From the IMG/VR virus record IMGVR_UViG_3300032287_003113, positions 62,001 through 126,000 of that record: a DNA stretch of 64,000 nt, one strand, 5' to 3'. Numbering within the stretch: position 1 is the stretch's first letter; every line of letters starts with the position of its first letter. A program made the position numbers and the translations under genes. Positions 48,554 to 57,495 of this stretch are shown here, piece after piece. The notes under the pieces are model-generated. The model was not told where the DNA came from and searched no databases. It saw nothing but the letters and a program-made list of their open reading frames with translations.

Positions 48554-50956
48554 TTACGCTGTAGCGTTGAAGATTTTTTCCGAAGTGTCTCTGTGGTCTT
48601 TCATAACCGAAATCATTTGATCCAATCGTTCAATCATTTCGTCCATTCCAGGTAAACGTCCATTTTTAAGTGGTGCAATCACTTCGCTGGCACCACCTTC
48701 GGCTACTTTTACGTTGACACCGCCTGTGGTAGCTGGTACAACTGCACCTTGTGCGGCTGCCACTTCAGCATGTATGTGTGGTCCCCAGACTTTTGCTTTC
48801 TCAGGATTGGCCGGTTTTATGCTTTCATCTAATACTTGGCTAAATCCGCCCATACTTTTTAATTTGGCCACTACCTCAGGATATTGTTTTAGATCGTTTA
48901 GCACCAGATCAAACGCACGACCGGAACCATGAGCAACACTATCGTCTATTCCTCGATCTTTGAAACCGCTAAAATGTTTGTAATTTCCACCCAGCATAGC
49001 ATGAACCTGTTGGGCCATTTGCATAATTGTTGCGTTGCCTTGTTGCTCTTCTCTGTCAAATCCTGATTTAATTTTGAGACCAGTGGCTGTTACTACCGGT
49101 TCGCTGCTGCTTTTTCCTTTGTTAAATCTCTCTCTGCGTTGATCAAATACCGATTTAGCTGGGCTTTGAAACGGTGCTGCTGGTGTACCAGCTGTAGGGC
49201 CACTGGGAGGAGGTGTTCCTGGTGTTAAACTTTTAATTGCTGCGTCTAGGTCTAATTTTTTTAATGCTTTTTCTATTGTGTCTACTCCGGCTGCAGTAAC
49301 TTGAGCAAATCTAGTAAGAGGCGTCAGCAAGGACTCGCCTAGTGCAGCTTTTAGTCGCTGAGTATCTTCTTCTAGTCCTTGCACAGCCTTGTCCAATGGC
49401 AACATATTGTCGGCCATTTTGTCAGCGTTTTTTCTAGCTTTTTCTGTGGCACCTTCTTGTCGCTTGAGTTGTTCTAACACTTCCTGATTTGCAAATGTAG
49501 CAATATCATTGTATTGACCGGTTAATCTAGCAGCTCGGTTAATAGCTTCAAATATGCCTGGATTTTCTCTTGCATATTTCAATGACTGCTCGCTGAGCTT
49601 GCCAGTTTCAATATTAACTTCTTCAACACTTTGATTCTGATTTCTTATCATTGCCACTTGTTGATCTATCTGCTCCCTTAACCTTGGGTTGTTAGCCAAC
49701 GCCAAATTGAATGCAGTATCAGTAGATGCTCCAGCTGAGTACACTTCCATGAAGCCTTTTTTGTACACATCGGGCATAGTGGCCAATATGCGTTGCATTT
49801 TTTCAACACCCACGGCGCCACCTTCTCTAGTAGCTTTAGCCAATACGTCTACTTCCATGGCCTGAGTTCGTGCCTTTTCCATGGCTTTTTTGGCATCTTG
49901 ACCTGTGATGTCTGAAATAATACGCAGTTCTTTACCATATTGCATGGTGATTTCTGCTATCTGGCGATCACTCAGTGCTCTGCGATCTCCAGCTGCATTT
50001 TGACGTGCCATAACCTGTGCAGCCAGTTCAGCCTGTTCTTCAGCACTATATCCTAGATTACGCAGTTGTATACCCAGTTGACTGTTACGCAACTCTCGGC
50101 TGATTCCGCCAATTCTCCTTGTGGCTTCTCCTAGCCCAAGACCCATATTGGTAAAATCTTCTCTGGCATTTTTTACCACTGTGGCCAGCTGGGCAATGTC
50201 CAATCCAGCTCTGGCAGCTTCTTGTCGCATTTCGGTCATGCCGCCGGCAAAAATTGCACCAGCACTGGTTATGTCTTTGAACCCGGCTTGCGTTTTCTTG
50301 AGTTCGTCGCCTAAAAACTCTACACCGTCCTTGACTTTTTCTGCACTCTTGCCAATTAAAAATTCGCCCAGCTTGCCAAGACCGGCTACCACCAATCCAA
50401 TTGCTCGACCCCACGGTCCCATCAATGCAATAATAAGTCCAGCTGTTTCGGCTACACCACCCAAGGCTTTACTAGCTGCTACACCAGCATCAATTGTTTT
50501 TAAACTGGCTTTGGTTGCTGCTTCAACACCAGATGCACCCGATTGCAAACTTTTTGCAAAATCCCGTGTGCCTTCGTAGATGGTCTGTGCTAGTGATCCA
50601 ATACCTGTACCTAAATTGGACAAGCCGGCACTGACGTTTTTTGTTATTGCTGTTTTCTTTAAATCTGCCTTGCTTGATTCAAGTTCATCTACACGTTCAG
50701 CATTACGAGATTTTTTTGCTTCTTTGATGGCACGATTTAACTCGTCCATTTCTCTGACCACGTTTTGAATAGGTTGTTTGGTACCATCTAAAAAATCACC
50801 AAAGCCTTTGAGTACTGGTTGCTGTCGTTTGAGATTGTCAGTAAATGCTTTGATGTGTTTTTGAAAGTCTTCAACATTTTTTGGATCAAAGGTGGCCTTG
50901 TTGCCAGTCAATTGCTCAATTTTTGCTAAAAACTCTTCTGCGGTCATGTTACTCAT
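48554..50956 (-). CDS. Tape-measure-like protein with C-terminal metallopeptidase-like domain
   Basis: Long Ala/Gly/Gln-rich helical body; HGSGRAFD...PHIHAE; VAEGGASEVIAPL tail; adjacent to gp26. Confidence 0.7.
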   Translation of the reverse strand: MSNMTAEEFLAKIEQLTGNKATFDPKNVEDFQKHIKAFTDNLKRQQPVLKGFGDFLDGTKQPIQNVVREMDELNRAIKEAKKSRNAERVDELESSKADLKKTAITKNVSAGLSNLGTGIGSLAQTIYEGTRDFAKSLQSGASGVEAATKASLKTIDAGVAASKALGGVAETAGLIIALMGPWGRAIGLVVAGLGKLGEFLIGKSAEKVKDGVEFLGDELKKTQAGFKDITSAGAIFAGGMTEMRQEAARAGLDIAQLATVVKNAREDFTNMGLGLGEATRRIGGISRELRNSQLGIQLRNLGYSAEEQAELAAQVMARQNAAGDRRALSDRQIAEITMQYGKELRIISDITGQDAKKAMEKARTQAMEVDVLAKATREGGAVGVEKMQRILATMPDVYKKGFMEVYSAGASTDTAFNLALANNPRLREQIDQQVAMIRNQNQSVEEVNIETGKLSEQSLKYARENPGIFEAINRAARLTGQYNDIATFANQEVLEQLKRQEGATEKARKNADKMADNMLPLDKAVQGLEEDTQRLKAALGESLLTPLTRFAQVTAAGVDTIEKALKKLDLDAAIKSLTPGTPPPSGPTAGTPAAPFQSPAKSVFDQRRERFNKGKSSSEPVVTATGLKIKSGFDREEQQGNATIMQMAQQVHAMLGGNYKHFSGFKDRGIDDSVAHGSGRAFDLVLNDLKQYPEVVAKLKSMGGFSQVLDESIKPANPEKAKVWGPHIHAEVAAAQGAVVPATTGGVNVKVAEGGASEVIAPLKNGRLPGMDEMIERLDQMISVMKDHRDTSEKIFNATA

Positions 50957-50984
50957 ATGCGTTTTTGTCCAGGTGGATTGTTAA

Positions 50985-51018
50985 CCTATAAATATATAGG
51001 TATATCAACTTATTTATT
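50985..51018. promoter_or_regulatory. Overlapping face-to-face late promoters for tape measure and gp26
   Basis: TATAAATA on + (50987-94) inside CCTATA-AATA-TATAGG; AATAAATA on - (51011-18). Confidence 0.75.
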
Positions 51019-51031
51019 GGAAAAATAAACC

Positions 51032-51883
51032 ATGGAAAATGCTATTCAAAACCCTTTAGTCAAGTACTTTAGACAGCCGTCAATCTACTTAAAATTGCCA
51101 TCAAACGGTCAATATTGGAAAGAAGGGGCAGTAAATTTACCAGTAACTGGGGAAATTCCTGTGTACCCAATGACTGCCAGGGACGAAGTTACTTTGCGTA
51201 CTCCTGATGCACTCATGAACGGAGCTGGCGTTGTTGACGTAATACACAGTTGTTGCCCCAATATCACAGATGCTTGGAGTATGCCCAGCGTGGATGTGGA
51301 TGCTGTGTTGATCGCTATCAGGATTGCCAGTTACGGTGCAGAAATGCCAGTTGATACCAGTTGCCCCAATTGCGGTGCAGAAAACACCCACAATGTCGAT
51401 TTGAGTGTGAGACTATCGGGAATCACTTGTCCAGACTACAACAAAAAAATCAGTTTACCCGATGAGTTGCATGTAAAATGCACGCCGCAGGCATATTTCA
51501 GTGTTAATAGAAAAAATACCATATCGTTTGAAGAACAACGGCTAGTACAGGCCCTAGAACAAACTGATGAAAACTCAGAACAACGCATGTCACAAATTGC
51601 CGACAGCATGACCCGATTGATACAGATCAGCATAGACACAGTAACAGACAGCACCGAGTACATTGAAATGCCCGACGGAACCCGTGTTACAGATAAAGAA
51701 TTTATCAAAGAGTTTTATAGCAATGCTAATGGCAGCGTTGTACGTAACGTACAAGAACAACTGGCTGAAATCAACAACCAAGGCGCCGTCAAGGATCAAT
51801 CAGCTGAGTGCAACGAGTGTAAAACTGAATATAAAATTCCTATCATGTTTGACTACGCAAATTTTTTCGCAATCGGCTCCTGA
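51032..51883 (+). CDS. gp26: Baseplate hub / tail assembly chaperone (gp26-like)
   Basis: LKLPS.G, PMTARDE, D.DA.LIAIRIASYG, CPNC...CNEC, ends ANFF. Confidence 0.8.
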   Translation: MENAIQNPLVKYFRQPSIYLKLPSNGQYWKEGAVNLPVTGEIPVYPMTARDEVTLRTPDALMNGAGVVDVIHSCCPNITDAWSMPSVDVDAVLIAIRIASYGAEMPVDTSCPNCGAENTHNVDLSVRLSGITCPDYNKKISLPDELHVKCTPQAYFSVNRKNTISFEEQRLVQALEQTDENSEQRMSQIADSMTRLIQISIDTVTDSTEYIEMPDGTRVTDKEFIKEFYSNANGSVVRNVQEQLAEINNQGAVKDQSAECNECKTEYKIPIMFDYANFFAIGS

Positions 51884-52098
51884 CATTAGACAATGACGCC
51901 GTCGTAAAACTGTTGGAATCTTACGATAAAGAGTCGAGAGCCGTTAAAAAAGAAGCGTTGCAAATGGCCTGGTACATGCGAGGTGGGTTGACCTATAACG
52001 ATGCTATGGCACTGAGCTCATCAGAACGAGAGATAATTGGTGAAATAATTAAAAAGAACATGGAAACTACAGAGAAATCGGGATTACCATTCTTCTAA
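51853..52098 (+). CDS. gp51-like/GT-like chaperone C-terminal domain, probably made as a frameshift fusion to gp26
   Basis: No SD-supported start (track uses TTG 51913); AWYMRGGLTYNDAMALSSSEREII resembles the small post-gp26 proteins. Confidence 0.65.
   Translation, partial: LRKFFRNRLLTLDNDAVVKLLESYDKESRAVKKEALQMAWYMRGGLTYNDAMALSSSEREIIGEIIKKNMETTEKSGLPFF
51859..51868 (+). other. Candidate -1 ribosomal frameshift slippery site
   Basis: A AAT TTT TTC in the gp26 frame; -1 frame open from 51853 to 52098. Confidence 0.7.
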
Positions 52099-52099
52099 C

Positions 52100-52567
52100 T
52101 GATTTAAGATTAGCTACGCTAATCTATTGATTTCGCTTTGCTCATCAATGTTTTTCTTCTTTGTTGCTTTTCCGTATTATCCAGATTAATTGGTCACAAT
52201 TCACCGTATGCACGGTGAACATGATTGAGCATTATCCGAGTAGCACAGTCATTTATTATAAAGAGATTGTATTTACATACGCAGAGGCGGTTGACCGGTA
52301 CCCCTTACTCTAGCTTCACATATCAACGGAACCCTAGTGACCCGATAATAAATCCAAGTCCTATAAGCTGGGGTTGTATCTTTTTCACATAGCCCCGACC
52401 ATTTTTTGCCTTAAGTTAGCATTAGCCTTGCACACCCGAGCAACATCTAGACTGGGTATCTCACCAGTCCGCAACGGGAGTCGAGCTGCCTCGACCAAAC
52501 AGAGTGCGAATTCCATAATAAGAATATAACTTTGTGTTTATTGCAGAATGACTTTGAGTCGAGTGTG
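52100..52567. ncRNA. Candidate large structured non-coding element (strand uncertain)
   Basis: Largest ORF-free gap in the window; at least 8 stems and a 9-bp long-range helix 52251-59/52345-53. Confidence 0.55.
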
Positions 52568-52996
52568 CTAAATCTTGTTGATAATATGTGAGCCATGTAC
52601 ACGGACCTGTATGTGTCCGTTATAATAATCTTCGGTTTCTAAAACTCTGCGAGCAAATTGTTCTCTCGCCTCGATGTAACTACATTCAGATTTACTTTTG
52701 CAGTAGTATAGTATTTCTCTACTGAAATTGTCAACACCCAATGCAACCACATCTTTTGTTAATTCTGGACTGGAACCATAGTATGTTTGCCAGTCTGAAT
52801 CAATTTTACCACGAATCTTCTTGCGTTTCTTTTTACCATTTTTTAGTTTGACCATTCGGTAAGTGGTCTTGCTAAATTTTGCAAGTTTTTTGCCAATATA
52901 CTTCCGGCCGGTTAGGTTATTTGTGATCAAATAAACAAAACCAACACAATCTTCGGGTAGCGTTTCTACTTGAGTATTTTCGTAAATCCATGACAT
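52568..52996 (-). CDS. GIY-YIG endonuclease, T4 EndoII (DenA)-like
   Basis: GFVYLITN..TGRKYIGKK...SDWQTYYGSS...F.REIL...E...YYNG. Confidence 0.8.
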   Translation of the reverse strand: MSWIYENTQVETLPEDCVGFVYLITNNLTGRKYIGKKLAKFSKTTYRMVKLKNGKKKRKKIRGKIDSDWQTYYGSSPELTKDVVALGVDNFSREILYYCKSKSECSYIEAREQFARRVLETEDYYNGHIQVRVHGSHIINKI

Positions 52997-53042
52997 GCAT
53001 AGTAGTTATGATCTTTGCCCTGCAACATATACTGGTCTTGAA

Positions 53043-54812
53043 TTAAACAATGTCTACGTCAGTGTTGTAGCTGGTGTACCCGTTTTCTTTGACCACGTGA
53101 AGCGTGTTGTTTACCCGCCCTGCCAATTCATCCTTGTGCGACACCAACCAAATACTCTTGTTAGCTTCGCGACTCATCTTTTTCAGGATAGCCAGACTGT
53201 TTTCTACGCCTGAGCTATCCATACCGCTGTCTACTAACTCGTCGATAAACAACAAGTTAATGGGTTGATATAGGCTTTCCCAAACATCGCGGAAGCTCCA
53301 GCTCAAGGATAAAATCAAGCGATTGCGTTCTCCGCGACTTAGATTGTCAAAGTCCAAATCTCTACCTAACTCTGTAATGGCTACAGTCAAATCATTGTTG
53401 AACTTGACTGTGTGTGGTAAGCCAATACGGTCCAGGTATTGTCCCAAGCGGGCATTTAAATAACTTAAATTCTGATCAATAATACGTTTACGAATAAATG
53501 AATCTTTGTTGGTCAGCAGTTTGAGCAGGAACTCTTGATGTTCTCTAATGTTATTGAGTTCGTTGATCACATCAAAACTGACTTCTTCTACGCCTTGTGT
53601 TTGCATTTCTGCTATTTGCTCAGCATACGGATCTTGTTCAACTGCCTTGATTTCCAACTGTTGAATCAAGTTATCAACGCTTGCTTGATGATGAATAGCA
53701 TCCGACTCTTTGTCATAAAACGTTTCGGGCCGTGGTCCTAGCTTGCCCAGCCCATCGTGAGCTGACTGTAATTCACCCAGAGTGGCAGCAAAGGCATCCG
53801 CTGCTTCCTTTGCTCCAGCCAAGTCTCTCTGCTTTTGTCCCAGTACTGATTGGTGCTTCTCGTCATGGAAATCCTGTCCACAGGTATGGCACGTATGATT
53901 TTCCAACGAAACAAGTTCTGCTGATATCTTGCCAATCGTTTTTTCCTCACGGGAAAGGTCCAGTTTTGTGCGACCAATCGCCGACGATAGTTCATTGATA
54001 TCCTTGCGAGTTTGATCCCATGTCTTGAACGCTTGGTGTGCCTGAATCTCGGCCTGGATGTCAATTCTCTGAAGCTCTTCAATTCCTGTCTGTAATTTCT
54101 GTATATCTTCTGCATGTTTATTCACCCATAGCGTTTGCCTACGCTTCAACGCTTCGATCTGTTCTTCAATACGCCGGTTGGCATCGCCCACAGCCTTGAT
54201 ACGAAACTCTTCTTGTGTGATGGCATCTTTGGTTGCTTTGCCAGCCTCCTTTAGTTTGTCTGCTTTTTCACTTAGCAATGTAATACCAAGTAATTGCTCA
54301 ATTATAGTACGCTGGTCATTGGCTTTGAGTGCCAAGAATGGTTCTGTGTAGGTGTTGAGAGCCACAATGTGCTTGAACATGTCGTGACTCATGCCCAGCA
54401 TACGTTCTATTTCTTGCTGTGTTTCTCGGCTGTCGCCTTGTGCATCATCTGTGATTTCTTGTTCGCTATCGCCAACAAAGAATTTCATAGTGTTAGGTTT
54501 ACGTCCACGTTCTATCCTGTAGCTGACACCTTCTTTTTCAAAATCAATTGTGACCATCATGTTTTTGGCATTGGTCTTGTTGATCAAGTTATCTTTTTTA
54601 ATGTTAGTAAGTGCGTTGCCGTACAAGGCATAGCTCAATGCATTGATAATAGTGGTTTTACCTGTACCGTTACGTGCACCGGAGTCGTCTCCGCCTAGGT
54701 CTAAATTTTCACCCAACACCAGAGTCAAGTCTTGTCGATCAAAATTAACTGCCTGTGTGGTATTGCCCACACTCATAAAGTTTTTAACAGTAAGGTCTTT
54801 TATTTTAAACAT
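53043..54812 (-). CDS. gp46: Recombination ATPase (Rad50/SbcC-like)
   Basis: KNFMSVGN, NGTGKTT, CHTC zinc hook, LSRGE signature, LLFIDELVDSGMD, VSH. Confidence 0.95.
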   Translation of the reverse strand: MFKIKDLTVKNFMSVGNTTQAVNFDRQDLTLVLGENLDLGGDDSGARNGTGKTTIINALSYALYGNALTNIKKDNLINKTNAKNMMVTIDFEKEGVSYRIERGRKPNTMKFFVGDSEQEITDDAQGDSRETQQEIERMLGMSHDMFKHIVALNTYTEPFLALKANDQRTIIEQLLGITLLSEKADKLKEAGKATKDAITQEEFRIKAVGDANRRIEEQIEALKRRQTLWVNKHAEDIQKLQTGIEELQRIDIQAEIQAHQAFKTWDQTRKDINELSSAIGRTKLDLSREEKTIGKISAELVSLENHTCHTCGQDFHDEKHQSVLGQKQRDLAGAKEAADAFAATLGELQSAHDGLGKLGPRPETFYDKESDAIHHQASVDNLIQQLEIKAVEQDPYAEQIAEMQTQGVEEVSFDVINELNNIREHQEFLLKLLTNKDSFIRKRIIDQNLSYLNARLGQYLDRIGLPHTVKFNNDLTVAITELGRDLDFDNLSRGERNRLILSLSWSFRDVWESLYQPINLLFIDELVDSGMDSSGVENSLAILKKMSREANKSIWLVSHKDELAGRVNNTLHVVKENGYTSYNTDVDIV

Positions 54813-54821
54813 AGGTTCTTA

Positions 54822-56111
54822 TTATATACTAAAATCTTGATCTAGCCAAGCAAAATGAGCTCGCCAATTGGTATTGCGTCTTTGGTCCAGGGTTGTCAGA
54901 TATGTTTTTAATTTATCGATTTGACTGACATTATTTTTAGATGCTAAACTTGTGGTAGCAATACCTTGCATGGCCTTACGCTGTGCTTGCTGTGTGGGAG
55001 TAGTATCGGGCATCAACTTCAATATCTGGTCAAAGTCGTTGGCAAACACAGCACCATCGAACAAATATGGATTATCAAATTCTCCGGACGTATTAAAACT
55101 GTGAATGATGGGTTCTGCTGCCCATTCCCGTTGGAACCATGTGGCTGTGGCTGTTTGTTTGGTATTCCAGTGATTGATACGTTCCAATAACTTGGGCAAC
55201 GATTTAATAGTCAAGGCTGATACAGCACTATTAATGCTTAAGGATATCCATGGCTGATTCAACAGCAATTCAAAGTTACGTTGCCATTGTGCTAGGTCGA
55301 GCCCATAGCGAACATATTCCTGCTCACTGTCCCAACAATCTAAACTGGCAGTGATTTGCAGTTTCCATATTTTGTTTGACAGCACCAATTTTCTAAATTG
55401 CTGTAAGTATCGTTCAAATCGTGGTGTGGGTATGTTTAGATTGGTTACTACACTAAAAATTAAATCGGGATTGGCATGAGTTTGCCAAAACTCAATGCTG
55501 TCGTCTAGTTCGGTCATTAAAAACGGCTCACCACCTAAAATATGATACCGTTTGATTGCTTTGTAACGATCGTTTTCGTTCAAGTATTGCCATAGACCTG
55601 CAACCATTTGATCATAGTGGTCATTGTGTTGTGCTTGTTTGATGTCAAACGTTCGAGTGTGAAATGAATCTCCAAACTTTCTATTTTCTTCTTCCCACAG
55701 GCTGCTATGATGCGGCCCACAGTATACGCATTTCATATTACAGGTATTTTTAAAATAAACTTCCAGTATGGTAGGAGTAACAGTTGTGGATGATTCATCT
55801 GTGTCAAGCTCGGGCGGCACCAACCACCCGTTATCTTGCTGTAGCGTACTTTGTCTATCACTTAAGCCACCTGCATCTTCTACGTTTTTGCAATATTCAC
55901 AACCAGCCCTGGGCCACGCACCTGCAAGCATGGTGTTTCTAGCTGAAATTTTTTCAGGCAAATTATGAAATGATGCAAAGTTGTCGGCTGGTATGGCATA
56001 TTTTTCTGTGCGGTGACAACTGGCACTAGTACCACTGTTAAAGTAGACGGTGCTCCATGCCCATTTTAATAAACAAGCAGATTCTGTGCGTATGGGAAAC
56101 ACTTTATTCAT
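54822..56111 (-). CDS. Radical SAM protein with extra N-terminal Cys cluster
   Basis: CNMKCVYC (CxxxCxxC), LGGEPF, TN; N-terminal C..KW...SCH...CEYC. Confidence 0.85.
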   Translation of the reverse strand: MNKVFPIRTESACLLKWAWSTVYFNSGTSASCHRTEKYAIPADNFASFHNLPEKISARNTMLAGAWPRAGCEYCKNVEDAGGLSDRQSTLQQDNGWLVPPELDTDESSTTVTPTILEVYFKNTCNMKCVYCGPHHSSLWEEENRKFGDSFHTRTFDIKQAQHNDHYDQMVAGLWQYLNENDRYKAIKRYHILGGEPFLMTELDDSIEFWQTHANPDLIFSVVTNLNIPTPRFERYLQQFRKLVLSNKIWKLQITASLDCWDSEQEYVRYGLDLAQWQRNFELLLNQPWISLSINSAVSALTIKSLPKLLERINHWNTKQTATATWFQREWAAEPIIHSFNTSGEFDNPYLFDGAVFANDFDQILKLMPDTTPTQQAQRKAMQGIATTSLASKNNVSQIDKLKTYLTTLDQRRNTNWRAHFAWLDQDFSI

Positions 56112-56472
56112 ATAATATATGATTCATGGGCAACTCTTCTTGTGGATTGTATCGTTTGCGTACATATTCTAATTCTTCTGGCAACGACTTGATATCAGTT
56201 ATCACAACGATAAAAAAATGTGGAATGTCGTGATGTTGCACATATTCCTGCAACGAGATCAAGATATCGTGCGGTTGATCGGCATAGGATTTTTTCAATG
56301 GCTGGTTAGCAACAAAGACCACACGCTCATTGTCAGCAAACACTTCCTTGTGCAATCGTCGCAAGGCAGTATATAGTTTACCCTTTGGCAAGTTATCAAA
56401 CTCAGTTAAGTCAATGAAATTGTCAATTTGATACTGAGTTTGCAGTCGATGTTTAATCCGTGCCAGGATCAT
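56104..56472 (-). CDS. Hypothetical protein
   Basis: 122 aa, overlaps gp47 and the radical SAM gene. Confidence 0.6.
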   Translation of the reverse strand: MILARIKHRLQTQYQIDNFIDLTEFDNLPKGKLYTALRRLHKEVFADNERVVFVANQPLKKSYADQPHDILISLQEYVQHHDIPHFFIVVITDIKSLPEELEYVRKRYNPQEELPMNHILYE

Positions 56473-57488
56473 AAGTTTCTATAAATGTCCAACAGGAGAT
56501 TTTTATTAAACTGTTCACTGTCAATGTTGCTCAACTGTCCGTACACAATCTGATCCACTGACTCAAATGCTATATTACCTTGTATTTCATATTCAGTCAA
56601 GTCTGTGACTTTGGCAGGGATCAGTGTAATCTCACGCAGTTTATACGTGTCAATAAAAGTTTCTTTGATAAAAGTGGCTTCTTCGTAGCTGATGTCAATA
56701 TCCAAGTTAACCCTAACATGCATGTTGGGTTTGAGCATGACTTCGGTGTGTTTGAGCACATCGCTCAGTTGAAACACACGATATATGGGCTGATCGGGCC
56801 AAGCATGATACACTGGCTCTTTGTCCCACTCTAGAATCATCATGCCACGATCATCGTCGCCGGCATCGGCATAGTTGTGCGGAAAGCAGTTGCCCAAATA
56901 GGTAATGTTGCCTTTGGTCTGTCGTTTGTGGAAGTGCCCAGAGAACACATGTTCAAAACCTTTTAAATCATTTTTAGGATCAACTTCACCATGATCCGGC
57001 ATGGCTACCATGGCATTCATCAAGTATCCGGGCAATTCAAAATGCCCAAACATGTACTTGCCTCGTAGTTTCTTTAGACGTTTGAAGTCATCGCCCACTA
57101 GCCACGGAGCAATAGTAACGTCGCCATGAGTAGTCCAGTCGTTACAGATATGTATTCTATTAAGGTGCTTTGCCCATTCCACACTCTGTACATCTCGCTT
57201 GTCGCGATAATACAGATCATGATTTCCAGGAATAAAGAAAGTTTGTTCGAAGTTTTCATTCAAGTGCTCCAGGGCACGTAGACTATAGCCCAAGGTTAGG
57301 ATATTGATTGACGCACGATTGTTGTGCCAGTCTCCAAGAAACATGCAAGTTTCGCATCCTTCTTCCCGTGCCTTGGCAGTGGCCCATTTAACAAAGTTCA
57401 AACAGTCCTCGTTGTGTAAGGTACTGTTTGATTTTAACCCAAAGTGTATGTCTGTAAAGACGGCGGCTCGTTTGAATAGATTAGTCAT
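56469..57488 (-). CDS. gp47: Recombination nuclease (Mre11/SbcD-like)
   Basis: TDIHFG, LGDW, PGNHD, GHFE, SGHFH metallophosphoesterase motifs. Confidence 0.95.
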   Translation of the reverse strand: MTNLFKRAAVFTDIHFGLKSNSTLHNEDCLNFVKWATAKAREEGCETCMFLGDWHNNRASINILTLGYSLRALEHLNENFEQTFFIPGNHDLYYRDKRDVQSVEWAKHLNRIHICNDWTTHGDVTIAPWLVGDDFKRLKKLRGKYMFGHFELPGYLMNAMVAMPDHGEVDPKNDLKGFEHVFSGHFHKRQTKGNITYLGNCFPHNYADAGDDDRGMMILEWDKEPVYHAWPDQPIYRVFQLSDVLKHTEVMLKPNMHVRVNLDIDISYEEATFIKETFIDTYKLREITLIPAKVTDLTEYEIQGNIAFESVDQIVYGQLSNIDSEQFNKNLLLDIYRNL

Positions 57489-57495
57489 AACATAC

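Noticed and set aside
52100-52567. Group I intron, tmRNA, RNase P RNA or tRNA identity for the structured gap
   Set aside because: The flanking genes are complete and convergent, so no exon is interrupted. I found no convincing P7 core, tmRNA termini, RNase P GAGGAAAGUCC motif or cloverleaf by eye. A covariance search is still needed.
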